DNA of 59,864 nucleotides from Lachnospiraceae bacterium (GCA_024695225.1 JAILIO010000139.1:1-59864); one strand, 5' to 3'. Shown: positions 36,896 to 46,324, numbered from the stretch's first letter. Program-made: numbers and translations. Notes: generated from the letters alone by a model not told the origin.

Positions 36896-38249
36896 ATCAC
36901 TCAGGAACGATCTTTCCAGGACATTTCGGTATCTTAAGAGGAACGGCCTCTCCGAGACGGTGTTTTCCGTCGCGGAGAGGGTGACTCTGAAGGCACGGGA
37001 TCATTATGACTACATCCCGCCCCTTCAGCTGGAGATAAGGGAACAGCGCGAACGCTCCCGGAATCTTGAAGAAGATGAGATCGTAAAGATAAGCATTGTC
37101 GTACCCGCCTATAATACCGACAGGCATTGTCTGGTGCAGCTGATAAAGAGTGTCGCCGCCCAGACCTACTGCTGGTATGAGCTGATAGTGGCCGATGCAG
37201 GGGATGACGATGTTGTGAGCCTTATATGCGACAGAGCCTTAAACCGCAAGGTGATGAAGAGACCGGAGGGGGATGGATTCACCCCCGGGTCCCTTAAGTA
37301 TGTGAAACTTGAGAAAAATGAGGGCATATCAGGAAATCTGAACCGGGCTGTGACCTATGCATCCGGCGACTGGTTTCAGTTTTTGGATCACGATGATCTG
37401 CTGTCTCCGGATGCCCTTTACGCTGCAGTGTCCGCCATAAGGAAACACAAGGACGCATTCCTTGTATACTGTGACGAGGACAAGACCGACAGGTCGGGGA
37501 AGGTTTTTTTCGATCTGAACGACAAGCCGGGATTCAATCCCGACATGCTTTTGTGCAACAACTATATATGCCACGGGCTCACCATAAGGAGAGACAAGGT
37601 TGAAGGATTTCCCTTCAGACCGGAATTCGACGGAGCACAGGATTACGATCTGCTGTTAAGGATCCTGGGACAGATGATGGATAAGGGACTTTCTGTTTCC
37701 GATATGAGAAGGTTTGCCGTACATGACAGCACGGTGGCTTATCATTGGAGAGTCCACAAAGGGTCTACGGCGGGGGATTCCTCTGCCAAGAGCTGGGCTT
37801 ACGATGCGGGAAAGAGGGCGCTGGAGGATTTTTACAAGGCCATGGGTATCAAGGCTGATGTAAGCCATTCCATGCATCTGGGCTTTTACAGGAGCAGGTA
37901 CGAACCGGACATCTTCGCCGCAAGAAATGACGTGGGGATAGTGTGCGGACGGGTGCTGGATCCGCTTGGCAGGATGTGCGCCCACATGGGATCCCTGGAA
38001 GGGGAGGAAATGTTCAGCGGCATGCCGGGGTGTTTCAGCGGAAGGCTCAACCGGTTTGACACCCGCCAGGACATATCCTACGGTGACGTGCGAAATATGA
38101 AGATCGCCCCGGGTCTCCGCCATCTCTTAAGGGAGGCGGATGACAGTGATACAGGGGCTCGGAGTGAGAAGATATGCAGGCTTGCCAGGGATAAAGGTTA
38201 TACTGTGGTATATGATCCCGATCTCCCTGCAGTGAAAGGCAGACTTTAA
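36885..38249 (+). CDS. GT2-family glycosyltransferase
   Basis: GTG start with AAAGGAGAG 7 nt upstream, overlapping the upstream stop by 11 nt. 'ISIVVPAYNTDRHCLVQLIKSVAAQTY...LIVADAG' and 'LDHDDLLSPDA'. Confidence 0.8.
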   Translation: MKPESLRNDLSRTFRYLKRNGLSETVFSVAERVTLKARDHYDYIPPLQLEIREQRERSRNLEEDEIVKISIVVPAYNTDRHCLVQLIKSVAAQTYCWYELIVADAGDDDVVSLICDRALNRKVMKRPEGDGFTPGSLKYVKLEKNEGISGNLNRAVTYASGDWFQFLDHDDLLSPDALYAAVSAIRKHKDAFLVYCDEDKTDRSGKVFFDLNDKPGFNPDMLLCNNYICHGLTIRRDKVEGFPFRPEFDGAQDYDLLLRILGQMMDKGLSVSDMRRFAVHDSTVAYHWRVHKGSTAGDSSAKSWAYDAGKRALEDFYKAMGIKADVSHSMHLGFYRSRYEPDIFAARNDVGIVCGRVLDPLGRMCAHMGSLEGEEMFSGMPGCFSGRLNRFDTRQDISYGDVRNMKIAPGLRHLLREADDSDTGARSEKICRLARDKGYTVVYDPDLPAVKGRL

Positions 38250-38283
38250 AGATACAGCCTGAGTCTTTCCGGAGAGACAGATA

Positions 38284-39267
38284 TTGAAAAAGACTACAGT
38301 TGTGATCCCCAACCTGAACGGGGAGAAGTACATAAGGAAATGCCTTGGCAGCATAGATCACACCCGGTGCGATGTAATAGTCGTTGACAACGGCTCTGCG
38401 GACAACAGCCTTAAGGTTATAAGGGAGGAATTCCCCGGTGTGACATTGCTTGAAAATAAGAGCAACACAGGCTTTTGCAGGGCAGTGAATCAGGGAGTAA
38501 AAGCCGCTCAGACTGAGTATGTGTTTCTTTTGAACAACGACGCCTTTATTTCCCCTGACTGTATCGGGAAACTGGAGCGCTTTATGGATGACAACGAGAA
38601 GGTTTTCTCCTGTCAGGCCAGGGTGATGACTGTAAAAGATCCGGATGTGACAGATGATTCCGGCGATCGGTACAGCGCCATGGGCTGGGCTTATTGCCCG
38701 GAAAAGGGGCTGAGGACTGACCGGGGGGAGTGCATACAGAAGGGAGCAGTCAGAGTGTTTTCCTGCTGCGCCTGCGCTGCCATGTACAGAAGGGATGTGT
38801 GGGAGTCCCTGGGGGGCATGGATGAGAGGCATTTTGCATATTTGGAGGACACGGATATAGGCTGGAGGGCAGCCAAGGAAGGTTACGCCAATATGTGCCT
38901 TAACAGCGCACTGGCCTGGCATGTGGGATCTGCATCCTCCGGCTCCAGATACAACACCTTCAAGGCTGAGCAGTCTGCCAGGAACAGCCTTTTTGTCATT
39001 GCAAAGAATATGACGGCCTGGCAGAAATTTTTGAATTTCATCCCCTGCGTTCTGGGGTTTGCGCTGAAGATCTGTTTCTACGCGAGACAGGGGCTCTGGA
39101 GGGATTATCTCAAGGGGCTTTTCGAGGGGGCAGTGCTTTTGGCCCGCACGGACAGAAATGATATATACTTCAGCGCAGGGAAAAACCTTGGCTTTGCCGG
39201 GAGACTTAAGAATGAACTGATCCTGGAGGGGCAGATGATAGCTGCGATCCCCAGGAGAAGGGTCTGA
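38284..39267 (+). CDS. GT2-family glycosyltransferase (rhamnosyltransferase-like) with C-terminal membrane-associated segment
   Basis: TTG start with GGAGAG 7 nt upstream. 'TTVVIPNLNGEKYIRKCLGSI...VIVVDNGSADNS' and 'FLLNNDAF'. A hydrophobic helix 'FIPCVLGFALKICFY' lies near the C-terminus. Confidence 0.8.
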   Translation: MKKTTVVIPNLNGEKYIRKCLGSIDHTRCDVIVVDNGSADNSLKVIREEFPGVTLLENKSNTGFCRAVNQGVKAAQTEYVFLLNNDAFISPDCIGKLERFMDDNEKVFSCQARVMTVKDPDVTDDSGDRYSAMGWAYCPEKGLRTDRGECIQKGAVRVFSCCACAAMYRRDVWESLGGMDERHFAYLEDTDIGWRAAKEGYANMCLNSALAWHVGSASSGSRYNTFKAEQSARNSLFVIAKNMTAWQKFLNFIPCVLGFALKICFYARQGLWRDYLKGLFEGAVLLARTDRNDIYFSAGKNLGFAGRLKNELILEGQMIAAIPRRRV

Positions 39268-39268
39268 G

Positions 39269-40678
39269 ATGATAAAGGATAATCAGAGATACATAAGCGT
39301 TATAAAGCTGACCGTGGACATTGTGGCCACAGTCCTTATATATGTGCTGTCATGGTTTCTGAAGTTCCGCGGCATATTTATGACCGAGGACCCCAACGTG
39401 ATCGCCCTGCCCATGTCGGTGTATATGACTGCCCTGTACTTTATAGTGCCGGGCTATACGCTTTTGTATTATTTCTCAGGTCTCTATTCCCAGAAAAAGG
39501 AACATTCAAGGGGACATTATTTCCTGAGCATCATCTGGGCCAACACCATAGGACTGGCCCTTTTTATCATAGTTCTCTACGCCGTAAAGCAGATCCATTT
39601 CTCCAGGTCCATGATATTCATCTTCTATGTGCTGAATATCATCATCCTCACCGTTATACACGCCTTCGGGAACAAGATAATAGCCTCCATGGTCATGAAG
39701 AGCCCCAACAGGCGGGAGATCCTGCTGGTGGGTTATTCCAGGGCGGCGGAGGGCTATATATCCAGGATAGATGCCAGCCCCGAATGGGGATATGTGGTGA
39801 GGGGTATACTGGACGACCACGTGCCCGCAGGTACCCTGTACAAGGGGGTAAAGGTCCTGGGCACCATTGCAAATCTCCAGTACATTCTGCCGGAAAACCA
39901 TTTGGATGAGATCGCAGTGACCCTGTCCCTCCAGGACTATCCCAGGCTGGATTCCATAGTATCCATGTGTGAAAAGTCGGGGATACATACGAAGTTCATC
40001 CCGGATTACGGCTCACTCTTCCCCAGCAATCCCTACACAGAGGACCTTATGGGACTGCCTGTTATCAGCATCAGGTATGTGCCCCTGACCAATGCTTTCA
40101 ACGCCCTGGTAAAGAGGGTCTTTGATATCGTGTTCTCCCTGCTGGCCATTATACTCACATCCCCTGTGATGCTGGTGGCGGCCATCGCAGTCAGGCACTC
40201 CGGACCCGGAGGTATCATCTTCAAGCAGGAGAGGATAGGCCTTCACAACAAGCCCTTTATGATGTACAAGTTCAGGACCATGAAGGTGGTGTCTGAGGAG
40301 GTTGAAAAGAAGGGCTGGACCACCAGGGATGATCCCAGGGTGACCCGGGCCGGCAGGTTCATGAGAAGGACCAGCATAGACGAACTTCCCCAGTTCTTCA
40401 ATGTGCTGAAGGGGGAAATGAGCGTCGTGGGTCCCAGACCTGAGAGACCCCAGTTCGTGGACAGGTTCAAGGAGGAGATCCCCAGGTACATGGTGAAACA
40501 CCAGGTGCGCCCGGGGCTTACGGGCTGGGCTCAGATAAACGGATACCGGGGTGACACTTCCATCAAACGCCGTATCGAGTACGATATCTATTACATTGAG
40601 AATTGGACATTCAGCCTGGATCTGAGGATCATTTTCCTCACGGTGTTCAAGGTGTTCAGGGACAAGAACGCCTATTAA
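39269..40678 (+). CDS. Polytopic polyprenyl-phosphate hexose-1-phosphate transferase (WbaP/CpsE-type initiating enzyme)
   Basis: 469 aa: 4-5 N-terminal TM helices, a central Rossmann-like region and a C-terminal bacterial sugar transferase domain. Motifs 'KRVFDIVFSLLAIILTSPVMLVAAIAV' and 'DELPQFFNVLKGEMSVVGPRPERP'. Confidence 0.9.
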   Translation: MIKDNQRYISVIKLTVDIVATVLIYVLSWFLKFRGIFMTEDPNVIALPMSVYMTALYFIVPGYTLLYYFSGLYSQKKEHSRGHYFLSIIWANTIGLALFIIVLYAVKQIHFSRSMIFIFYVLNIIILTVIHAFGNKIIASMVMKSPNRREILLVGYSRAAEGYISRIDASPEWGYVVRGILDDHVPAGTLYKGVKVLGTIANLQYILPENHLDEIAVTLSLQDYPRLDSIVSMCEKSGIHTKFIPDYGSLFPSNPYTEDLMGLPVISIRYVPLTNAFNALVKRVFDIVFSLLAIILTSPVMLVAAIAVRHSGPGGIIFKQERIGLHNKPFMMYKFRTMKVVSEEVEKKGWTTRDDPRVTRAGRFMRRTSIDELPQFFNVLKGEMSVVGPRPERPQFVDRFKEEIPRYMVKHQVRPGLTGWAQINGYRGDTSIKRRIEYDIYYIENWTFSLDLRIIFLTVFKVFRDKNAY

Positions 40679-40723
40679 AGAGGCTTTCAGGGGCAGGAAC
40701 GCCTCTGTTGAGGAGGATTTAAA

Positions 40724-41926
40724 TTGGATGATAACATTCCCGCCATAGCAGGCGGAACGCCCATAAGGGAAAATAAGATATATTATGCGCACCAGTACAT
40801 AGACGATGCGGATATAAAGGCTGTGACTGATGTGCTTAAGAGCGATTATCTGACCTGCGGTCCCGCCATAGACCGGATGGAAGAGAAACTCAAAAAAATC
40901 ACCGGAGCCAAATATGCGGCAGCCTGCAGCAATGGCACATCCGCCCTCCATATCGTATGCATGGCCCTCGGGATAGGAGAGGGGGACGAGGTCATAGTGC
41001 CTCCCATAACCTTTGCCGCAAGCTCAAACTGTGTGTTGTACTGCGGAGGGACCCCTGTATTTGCCGATGTGGATCCGAAGACCTATCTGCTGGATCCAAA
41101 GAAGGTGGAGGAAAAGATAACAGAAAAGACAAAGGCTGTGATCACCGTGGATTACGGCGGGCAGGCGTCTCCCCTGCCGGAGCTTCTGGACATATGCAGG
41201 AAACACTCCCTGAAACTCATAGAGGACGCAGCCCATTCCATAGGCACTGTCTATAAAGGCCTGGGGGCTGTGGGGTCAGTTGCGGATGTCACCACATTTT
41301 CATTCCATCCGGTGAAGGTGGTGACCGGCGGGGAAGGGGGAGCCATAACCACCAATGATCCTGAGGTGTATTCAAAGGCTCTTCTCTACAGATCCCACGG
41401 GATAACCAGGGACAGGACCTTTATGGAAGGCGAGTCCGAGGGGCCCTGGTATTACGAACAGACAGGGCTCTCCATGAACTACAGGATGACCGACATCCAG
41501 GCAGCCCTTATTTCCAGCCAGCTGGACAAGCTCCCGGAGTTTAAAGCCCGCAGGCAGGAGATCGTCAGGATGTACGACGAAGCCTTTTCAAAGATCCCCG
41601 GGATCACTGTGCAGCAGGAGATCCCCGAGTCCGATACCGCCCGCCATCTGTATGTGATAAGGGTGCAGGAGGGGGCTTTTGAGATCGACAGGGCAGGCTT
41701 CTTCGACGCACTGGTAAAAGAAAACATAATCCCCAACGTCCACTATATTCCTGTGTATCTTCACCCCTATTACAGACATCTGGGGTATGCCCCCGGGCTC
41801 TGCCCCGAGGCTGAAAAGATCTACAGGGAAATGATAACCCTTCCCCTTTTCTATTCCATGACAGACAGTGATGTGTCGGATGTGACAGAGGCTGTGAAGA
41901 GGATCGCTGATCATTACCGCAAATAA
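40724..41926 (+). CDS. pseC: DegT/DnrJ/EryC1-family PLP aminotransferase, PseC-like (UDP-4-amino-4,6-dideoxy-N-acetyl-beta-L-altrosamine transaminase candidate)
   Basis: TTG start with AGGAGGA 6 nt upstream. 'YAHQYIDDADIKAVTDVLKSDYLTCGPAIDRME', 'FSFHPVKVVTGGEGG' (PLP lysine) and 'RSHGITRD'. The PseC versus PglE/other assignment rests on the motif pattern and on the pseGHF genes nearby. Confidence 0.7.
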   Translation: MDDNIPAIAGGTPIRENKIYYAHQYIDDADIKAVTDVLKSDYLTCGPAIDRMEEKLKKITGAKYAAACSNGTSALHIVCMALGIGEGDEVIVPPITFAASSNCVLYCGGTPVFADVDPKTYLLDPKKVEEKITEKTKAVITVDYGGQASPLPELLDICRKHSLKLIEDAAHSIGTVYKGLGAVGSVADVTTFSFHPVKVVTGGEGGAITTNDPEVYSKALLYRSHGITRDRTFMEGESEGPWYYEQTGLSMNYRMTDIQAALISSQLDKLPEFKARRQEIVRMYDEAFSKIPGITVQQEIPESDTARHLYVIRVQEGAFEIDRAGFFDALVKENIIPNVHYIPVYLHPYYRHLGYAPGLCPEAEKIYREMITLPLFYSMTDSDVSDVTEAVKRIADHYRK

Positions 41927-42067
41927 ACCCCCTGTGCAAAACACAGGAGGATTACCGCAAATAAAAACCCCTGTGCGATACGCAGGGGGATTTCAGCAAA
42001 TAAAAATGTCTGTGCGAAAAACACAGGGGATTGCCGCAAATAAAAACCCCTGTGCAAAACACAGGGG
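41913..42067. repeat. Four tandem 38-40-bp units, each consisting of 'CGCAAATAAA' plus a hairpin
   Basis: Units at 41913-41950, 41951-41989, 41990-42029 and 42030-42067. Unit 1 contains the last codons and the TAA stop of pseC ('cattaccgcaaataa'). The hairpin CCCCTGTG-caaaa-CACAGGGG is perfect in unit 4 and degenerate in units 1-3. Confidence 0.9.
42036..42067 (-). terminator. Intrinsic terminator (best copy of the four) for the minus-strand AKR/hypothetical operon
   Basis: The minus strand reads CCCCTGTG-TTTTG-CACAGGGG followed by TTTTTATTTGC: a perfect 8-bp stem and a canonical U-tract. It lies 39 nt downstream of the stop at 42106. Confidence 0.6.
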
Positions 42068-42105
42068 ATCACAGGTCCGGGATCATCCCGGGGGCAGGCT
42101 TTTCT

Positions 42106-42570
42106 TCAGCCCTTCCCGAAACCCGAATAGAATCTGAAAACGTAATCGGTGTAAGCCCTGACTGCAGGGAAGTCTTCAAAGTCCACCCCAACTGCGTAGG
42201 CTGTTTTTATATGGGTGGATTTTCCCAGGTGGAACAGCAGATTTACCCCCTGTCCCCCTTCTCCCGGAGTGATGTTGAAATTTATATGGCTGAACTGGGT
42301 GGTGGGTTCTAAGTGGTATTCTATGAGCTTTGTCCTCCGGGTCAGTTCCTCGGAGACCCCTCTTTTATGCATCTCGATCTTTATAAGGGGCAGTGGATTG
42401 TATTCGTAGATATTGCCGTCCGTTGCCAGATAAAACAGTTCAGTTCCCGACTCTGACTGGCCGCGCAAAAGACACCTGCCCTGGTTTATCCGGTCCTGGG
42501 ACACGGTGACCCGGCTTCCGTCATCAAAGGAATACACCTCATGCGTATAAACTGTCAGAAACTGTCTCAT
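42106..42570 (-). CDS. Hypothetical soluble protein (154 aa)
   Basis: An ORF with no recognisable motif, co-directional with and 67 nt downstream of the AKR gene. No TM helix or signal peptide. Confidence 0.45.
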   Translation of the reverse strand: MRQFLTVYTHEVYSFDDGSRVTVSQDRINQGRCLLRGQSESGTELFYLATDGNIYEYNPLPLIKIEMHKRGVSEELTRRTKLIEYHLEPTTQFSHINFNITPGEGGQGVNLLFHLGKSTHIKTAYAVGVDFEDFPAVRAYTDYVFRFYSGFGKG

Positions 42571-42637
42571 AGGTAAATAATAGCACAGTCCGGGATATGA
42601 TAAAAGAATTTTGTGCCTTTATTTGCCCTTATTTAAC

Positions 42638-43777
42638 TCAAGACTTCTGATCTTCCTCGTAGAGGGCCGCAAATTCTTTCAGATGGTCTCTTATGGGCAG
42701 ATGCTGGGGACAGTTCTGTTCGCACAGTCCGCATTTGAGACAGTCCCCTGCCTTTCCCCGGTTCATGGAGTAGCGCTCGTAATACATGACGGTCTTCTTG
42801 CCGGTTATGGCGTGGAGGTTCAGAAGGCCAAAGTAACCGGGGATGTTTATGTTCTGAGGGCATACCTCCGTGCAGTATCTGCAGCTTGTGCAGGCCACCC
42901 GGATCTTCTCTCTCATGTAGCCGGATATCTTCTTTGTCAGTGCTTTCTCACCCTCTGCAAGAGGTTTGAAATCCTGCATGTATCCGGTGTTGTCGTCCAT
43001 CTGCCCGATGCTGCTCATGCCGCTTAAGACCATCATCACATTGGGAAGGCTGGCTGCAAAACGGATGGCAAGGGATGCGGGGGTGGGGAGGGATCCTTCT
43101 GTGAGCCCCTGCGCCAGATAGTGATCCCTGAAATATCCGGCTGCCACCTCGGGAAGGGAAGCCAAAGTCCCGCCCTTCACAGGTTCCATGACCACCACGG
43201 GTTTCCCGTGTTTTGTGGCGGTCTCATAGCATTTGCCGGACTGGGTCACGGCGTCCTCCCAGTCCAGATAATTGATCTGGAGCTGGACGAAATCAACTTC
43301 CGGGTGATCTGTCAGGATCCTGTCCAAAGTCTCTGCGTCGTCGTGGAATGAAAAGCCGATATTCCGGATGTTTCCGGCTTTTTTCATCTTTTCCATAAAG
43401 GCAAAGCCGCCGAACTTCTCAGTGTTTATATAACGGTCTCTCCCCAGATTGTGGAGGAGATAGTTGTCAAAGTATTCCGTGCCGCAGCGTTTTCTCTGGG
43501 TGTCAAAGTAGCCCTGGTACTGGTCCGGCCCGGTTACCCTGAGGATGGGCATCTTGTCTGCCAGGAAGAATCTTTCCCTGGGAAAGCGGTCTGTTATGCA
43601 TTTTTTTACAGCCTCCTCGGAGTGCTCCGAGTGGTAGGGATAGGCGGTGTCCACATAGGTGAAGCCGCGTTCAAAAAACATATCCGCCATTTTAGATGTC
43701 TGGTCAAAATCTATGGAGGCGGTGTCATCTGCATCCAGAAGGGGAAGCCTCATGGTTCCAAAACCCAGTTTTTTCAT
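42638..43777 (-). CDS. Aldo/keto reductase with C-terminal 2x[4Fe-4S] ferredoxin-type domain
   Basis: AKR N-terminus 'MKKLGFGTMRLP...FERGFTYVDTAYPYH'. C-terminal cluster motifs 'CTSCRYCTEVCPQ' and 'CLKCGLCEQNCPQ'. Confidence 0.85.
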   Translation of the reverse strand: MKKLGFGTMRLPLLDADDTASIDFDQTSKMADMFFERGFTYVDTAYPYHSEHSEEAVKKCITDRFPRERFFLADKMPILRVTGPDQYQGYFDTQRKRCGTEYFDNYLLHNLGRDRYINTEKFGGFAFMEKMKKAGNIRNIGFSFHDDAETLDRILTDHPEVDFVQLQINYLDWEDAVTQSGKCYETATKHGKPVVVMEPVKGGTLASLPEVAAGYFRDHYLAQGLTEGSLPTPASLAIRFAASLPNVMMVLSGMSSIGQMDDNTGYMQDFKPLAEGEKALTKKISGYMREKIRVACTSCRYCTEVCPQNINIPGYFGLLNLHAITGKKTVMYYERYSMNRGKAGDCLKCGLCEQNCPQHLPIRDHLKEFAALYEEDQKS

Positions 43778-43863
43778 GATATTTCCTTTCTCCCATGGAC
43801 CTGTCCATGGACGTGAATTTTTTGGGGTGATCGCTGTCCGGCCTTCCCGAAGTGTGTCCGTTT

Positions 43864-43892
43864 ATTTTACAGCAAAGGAAGTAAAAACACAA
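43864..43892 (-). promoter_or_regulatory. Putative sigma-A promoter of the AKR operon
   Basis: The minus strand reads TTGTGT (43892-43887), 17-nt spacer, TAAAAT (43869-43864). It lies about 87 nt upstream of the ATG at 43777. Confidence 0.35.
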
Positions 43893-43960
43893 AAGAGAAG
43901 AGACTTAAAAAGATTGTGAAGGGATGTGGGAAAAGATATTATTGACGATCATCATCAGGT

Positions 43961-43989
43961 GTGACAACAGACAGGAGATGCATTATACT
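43961..43989 (+). promoter_or_regulatory. Putative sigma-A promoter for the GT2 gene at 44150
   Basis: GTGACA (43961-43966), 17-nt spacer, TATACT (43984-43989). It lies back-to-back with the minus-strand promoter. Confidence 0.35.
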
Positions 43990-44149
43990 TCTGTCAGGCA
44001 GGGACTGCCGGGGCAGATGGGATCATATCCTGTAGCGGTCCCCGGGGCAGACGTGAGAAAGTCCTGCAGTGGTCCCTGCAGCAGTATGGATCATACCTGA
44101 TGCTGTCCGGAGTGCAGGTGAACACAAGGGGGATTTTGGGAGATACCGT

Positions 44150-45181
44150 ATGATAAGCGTGATCATACCCGTATACAATATGGAGACAGGAAACAGGCTC
44201 AGATTCTGCCTTGAAAGCATTACAGGGCAGACCATCGGCATGGACTGCCTGGATGTGATCGGTGTGGACGACTGCTCAACAGACGGCTCTTACGGGATCC
44301 TGAAGGAGTATGAGGCTGCATACCCGGGACATTTCAGGGCTGTTAAACATGACAGGAATACCCGTCAGGGAGGGGCCAGGAATACCGGGCTTGATATGGC
44401 CCGGGGGGAGTATATATCCTTTATCGATTCAGACGACTGGATCGATCCCGGTTTTTACGAGCGCATGTTATCCCTTGCGGAGAGTTCAGGGGCTGACATG
44501 GTCGGCTGCGACTACCGATATACGGAAAGCCAGAGCTTTGAAGGGGGCAGTCCCGTCGCCATGAACCTGCCGGAGCAGACCGGGGAACTGAACGACCTCA
44601 AATATAAAAGCCTGATCCTTAAAAGCGGCTCCCTTGTGACTAAGATCTACAGGCGGGAGATGTTTGAAGAGCCCCTGCTCAGGTTCCCTGAGGGGATCTT
44701 TTACGAAGACAACGCCATAGCCCCGTCTCTTATGCTCAGGAGCAGACATTTTGAATACATTCCGGAAGCCATGTATTTCTATTACAGGTACGGGAATTCC
44801 ACCACCACGGGCATCACTGAAGAACGGTGCAGAGACAGGATGGAGGCTTCCAGGATAATGCTCTCTGCCGCGGAAAAGGACGGCAGTCTTTACAGATACA
44901 GGGAAGAATACGAGTATTTATTTACGCGGAATTTTTATATAAATACCCTTTTTTCCTATGTGAGGAATGTGAAGAAGCCATCCCTCTCCTTCATGGAAGA
45001 GTTGGGGCAGGAGATGGCGAGGACCTTCCCGGGGTTTCGTGAGAATCCGTACTACCTTGAGAATACGGATCCCGAGGAGCAGAGATATATCGCCCTGCAG
45101 CAGAAGGACACCCGGATCTTCAGCCTTAAGTACAGAGCCCTGTGGTTTTACAGGGATCTCAGGAAGAAAATAAGTTCGTAA
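44150..45181 (+). CDS. GT2-family glycosyltransferase
   Basis: ATG 44150 with GGGAG upstream (the listed GTG at 44069 adds 27 aa of non-GT sequence). 'ISVIIPVYNMETGNRLRFCLESITGQT...VIGVDDCSTDGS', 'ARNTGL' and 'FIDSDDWIDP'. Confidence 0.85.
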   Translation: MISVIIPVYNMETGNRLRFCLESITGQTIGMDCLDVIGVDDCSTDGSYGILKEYEAAYPGHFRAVKHDRNTRQGGARNTGLDMARGEYISFIDSDDWIDPGFYERMLSLAESSGADMVGCDYRYTESQSFEGGSPVAMNLPEQTGELNDLKYKSLILKSGSLVTKIYRREMFEEPLLRFPEGIFYEDNAIAPSLMLRSRHFEYIPEAMYFYYRYGNSTTTGITEERCRDRMEASRIMLSAAEKDGSLYRYREEYEYLFTRNFYINTLFSYVRNVKKPSLSFMEELGQEMARTFPGFRENPYYLENTDPEEQRYIALQQKDTRIFSLKYRALWFYRDLRKKISS

Positions 45182-45254
45182 GGGAAGGGATGAGTTCCCC
45201 GGGAAAACCGTGATCCCCGGGAGGTTAAAAAATTCCGGGTGGCCCTGAGGCTAA

Positions 45255-46244
45255 TCAAAAACTGAGGATCGCCTCCGCTATCCTCCGGGCCCCTTTCCCG
45301 TCCACCAGTCTTTTCATGTTTTCGCTTAGGCCGAGCCTGAAATCCCTTTTGTCATCCCCGGTCATTGACCTTATGATGTCCGCAAGATTTCTCATGGTAT
45401 CGGGCCCTTTCCTGATGTCCCCTGCGCATTTGATAACCCCGAGTCTTTGGAAGGCCTCTGCCCCGGGGATCTGATTGTCCGCTGTGACCATGCTGACCGC
45501 AGGAAGCCCCATGGCGCATGCTTCATAGAGGGTGCTGCCCGCAGCGCTTATCAGTATGTCCCCCTCAGAAAGAGTGCCGGACATATCCGAGGTTGGAGGA
45601 AGGAGACAGATCTCCGGGAGACCGGACTGATCCTTTAGTTTTCCCCATTCTGATCTGAGAGCCTTCTCTGTCATCTCTGCAGTGTCCCTTCCTGCCCCGC
45701 CGCAGGAGATCCATATCTTTGAGACCCTTTCCCTCACAGTGAAGGAGGCCTCCGCAAATTCCCGGCGGATGGGTGCGTAGTCCGGACCTGAAAGCACAAG
45801 CCCCGGGGCTCTGTACGAAGGCATATCCCCCGGGGTGTAATTTATCAGAAGGTCCACTTCCGGGTCGAAAGCCCGGAGGTCGTCGATATAACCCAGGGTG
45901 ACCCTGTCTCTCAGGGCTGACAGATATCCGTTGTCCGTGAAATAGCTGTCCACCAGCAGAAACCCTTTGGGCTCATCCGTAAATAAACCCCTCAGGAATC
46001 TCAGCTCGCTTACGGGATCCCTGTAGGGCACATCGGTTTCAACTGTGCTGGATATGTTCACATCCTGGGGAAATGAAAGGATACGGCTTTTCAGAAGCTC
46101 CCGGGATTCCCGGTCCGACACTATGAAGGACACCGGGATATCAGACAGGGCGTTCACTTCAGAAGCCACCGCCAGGCATCTCATGATATGCCCCGTTGCT
46201 ATCTCGCTGTTGCCGTCTGCTCTGATATACAGTTTGTTTATCAT
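45255..46244 (-). CDS. pseG: UDP-2,4-diacetamido-2,4,6-trideoxy-beta-L-altropyranose hydrolase (PseG-like, GT28-type fold)
   Basis: 'LYIRADGNSEIATGHIMRCLAVASE' is the characteristic PseG N-terminus. C-terminal 'AAGSTLYEACAMGLPAVSM'. It lies downstream of pseF-pseH on the same strand. Confidence 0.75.
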   Translation of the reverse strand: MINKLYIRADGNSEIATGHIMRCLAVASEVNALSDIPVSFIVSDRESRELLKSRILSFPQDVNISSTVETDVPYRDPVSELRFLRGLFTDEPKGFLLVDSYFTDNGYLSALRDRVTLGYIDDLRAFDPEVDLLINYTPGDMPSYRAPGLVLSGPDYAPIRREFAEASFTVRERVSKIWISCGGAGRDTAEMTEKALRSEWGKLKDQSGLPEICLLPPTSDMSGTLSEGDILISAAGSTLYEACAMGLPAVSMVTADNQIPGAEAFQRLGVIKCAGDIRKGPDTMRNLADIIRSMTGDDKRDFRLGLSENMKRLVDGKGARRIAEAILSF

Positions 46245-46324
46245 ATGTGCCCCGCCCGTGACCCTGAGACTGTCACTCTCTGTTTGTAAGACATGTATTC
46301 ATGTGTCAGGTAAATCTTTCAGGA

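Noticed and set aside
38047-38922. 291-aa minus-strand ORF. Similar long antisense ORFs occur at 40013-40951 (312 aa), 57620-58558 (312 aa), 25805-26704 (299 aa), 17718-18467 (249 aa), 23279-23983 (234 aa) and 8101-8781 (226 aa)
   Set aside because: Each lies opposite a CDS with strong family motifs (GT2, WbaP, CapD, RmlC and others). They have Pro/Arg/His/Gly-rich composition and no recognisable domains or ribosome-binding sites.
41913-42067. Possible CRISPR array (regular repeats of about 39 bp)
   Set aside because: The units abut one another with no unique spacers. There are only four copies, no cas genes, and each unit is a terminator-like hairpin.
41934-42312. Small plus-strand ORFs 41934-42137 and 42031-42312 after pseC
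   Set aside because: They are translations of the tandem terminator repeats (repetitive 'QIKTPV...' peptides) and run antisense into the 154-aa minus-strand gene.
45182-45254. Possible terminator between the convergent GT2 and pseG genes (two CCCCGGG words)
   Set aside because: Only the self-complementary CCCGGG cores can pair (a 6-bp stem with an 11-nt loop), and there is no adjacent U-tract on either strand. This is not convincing.
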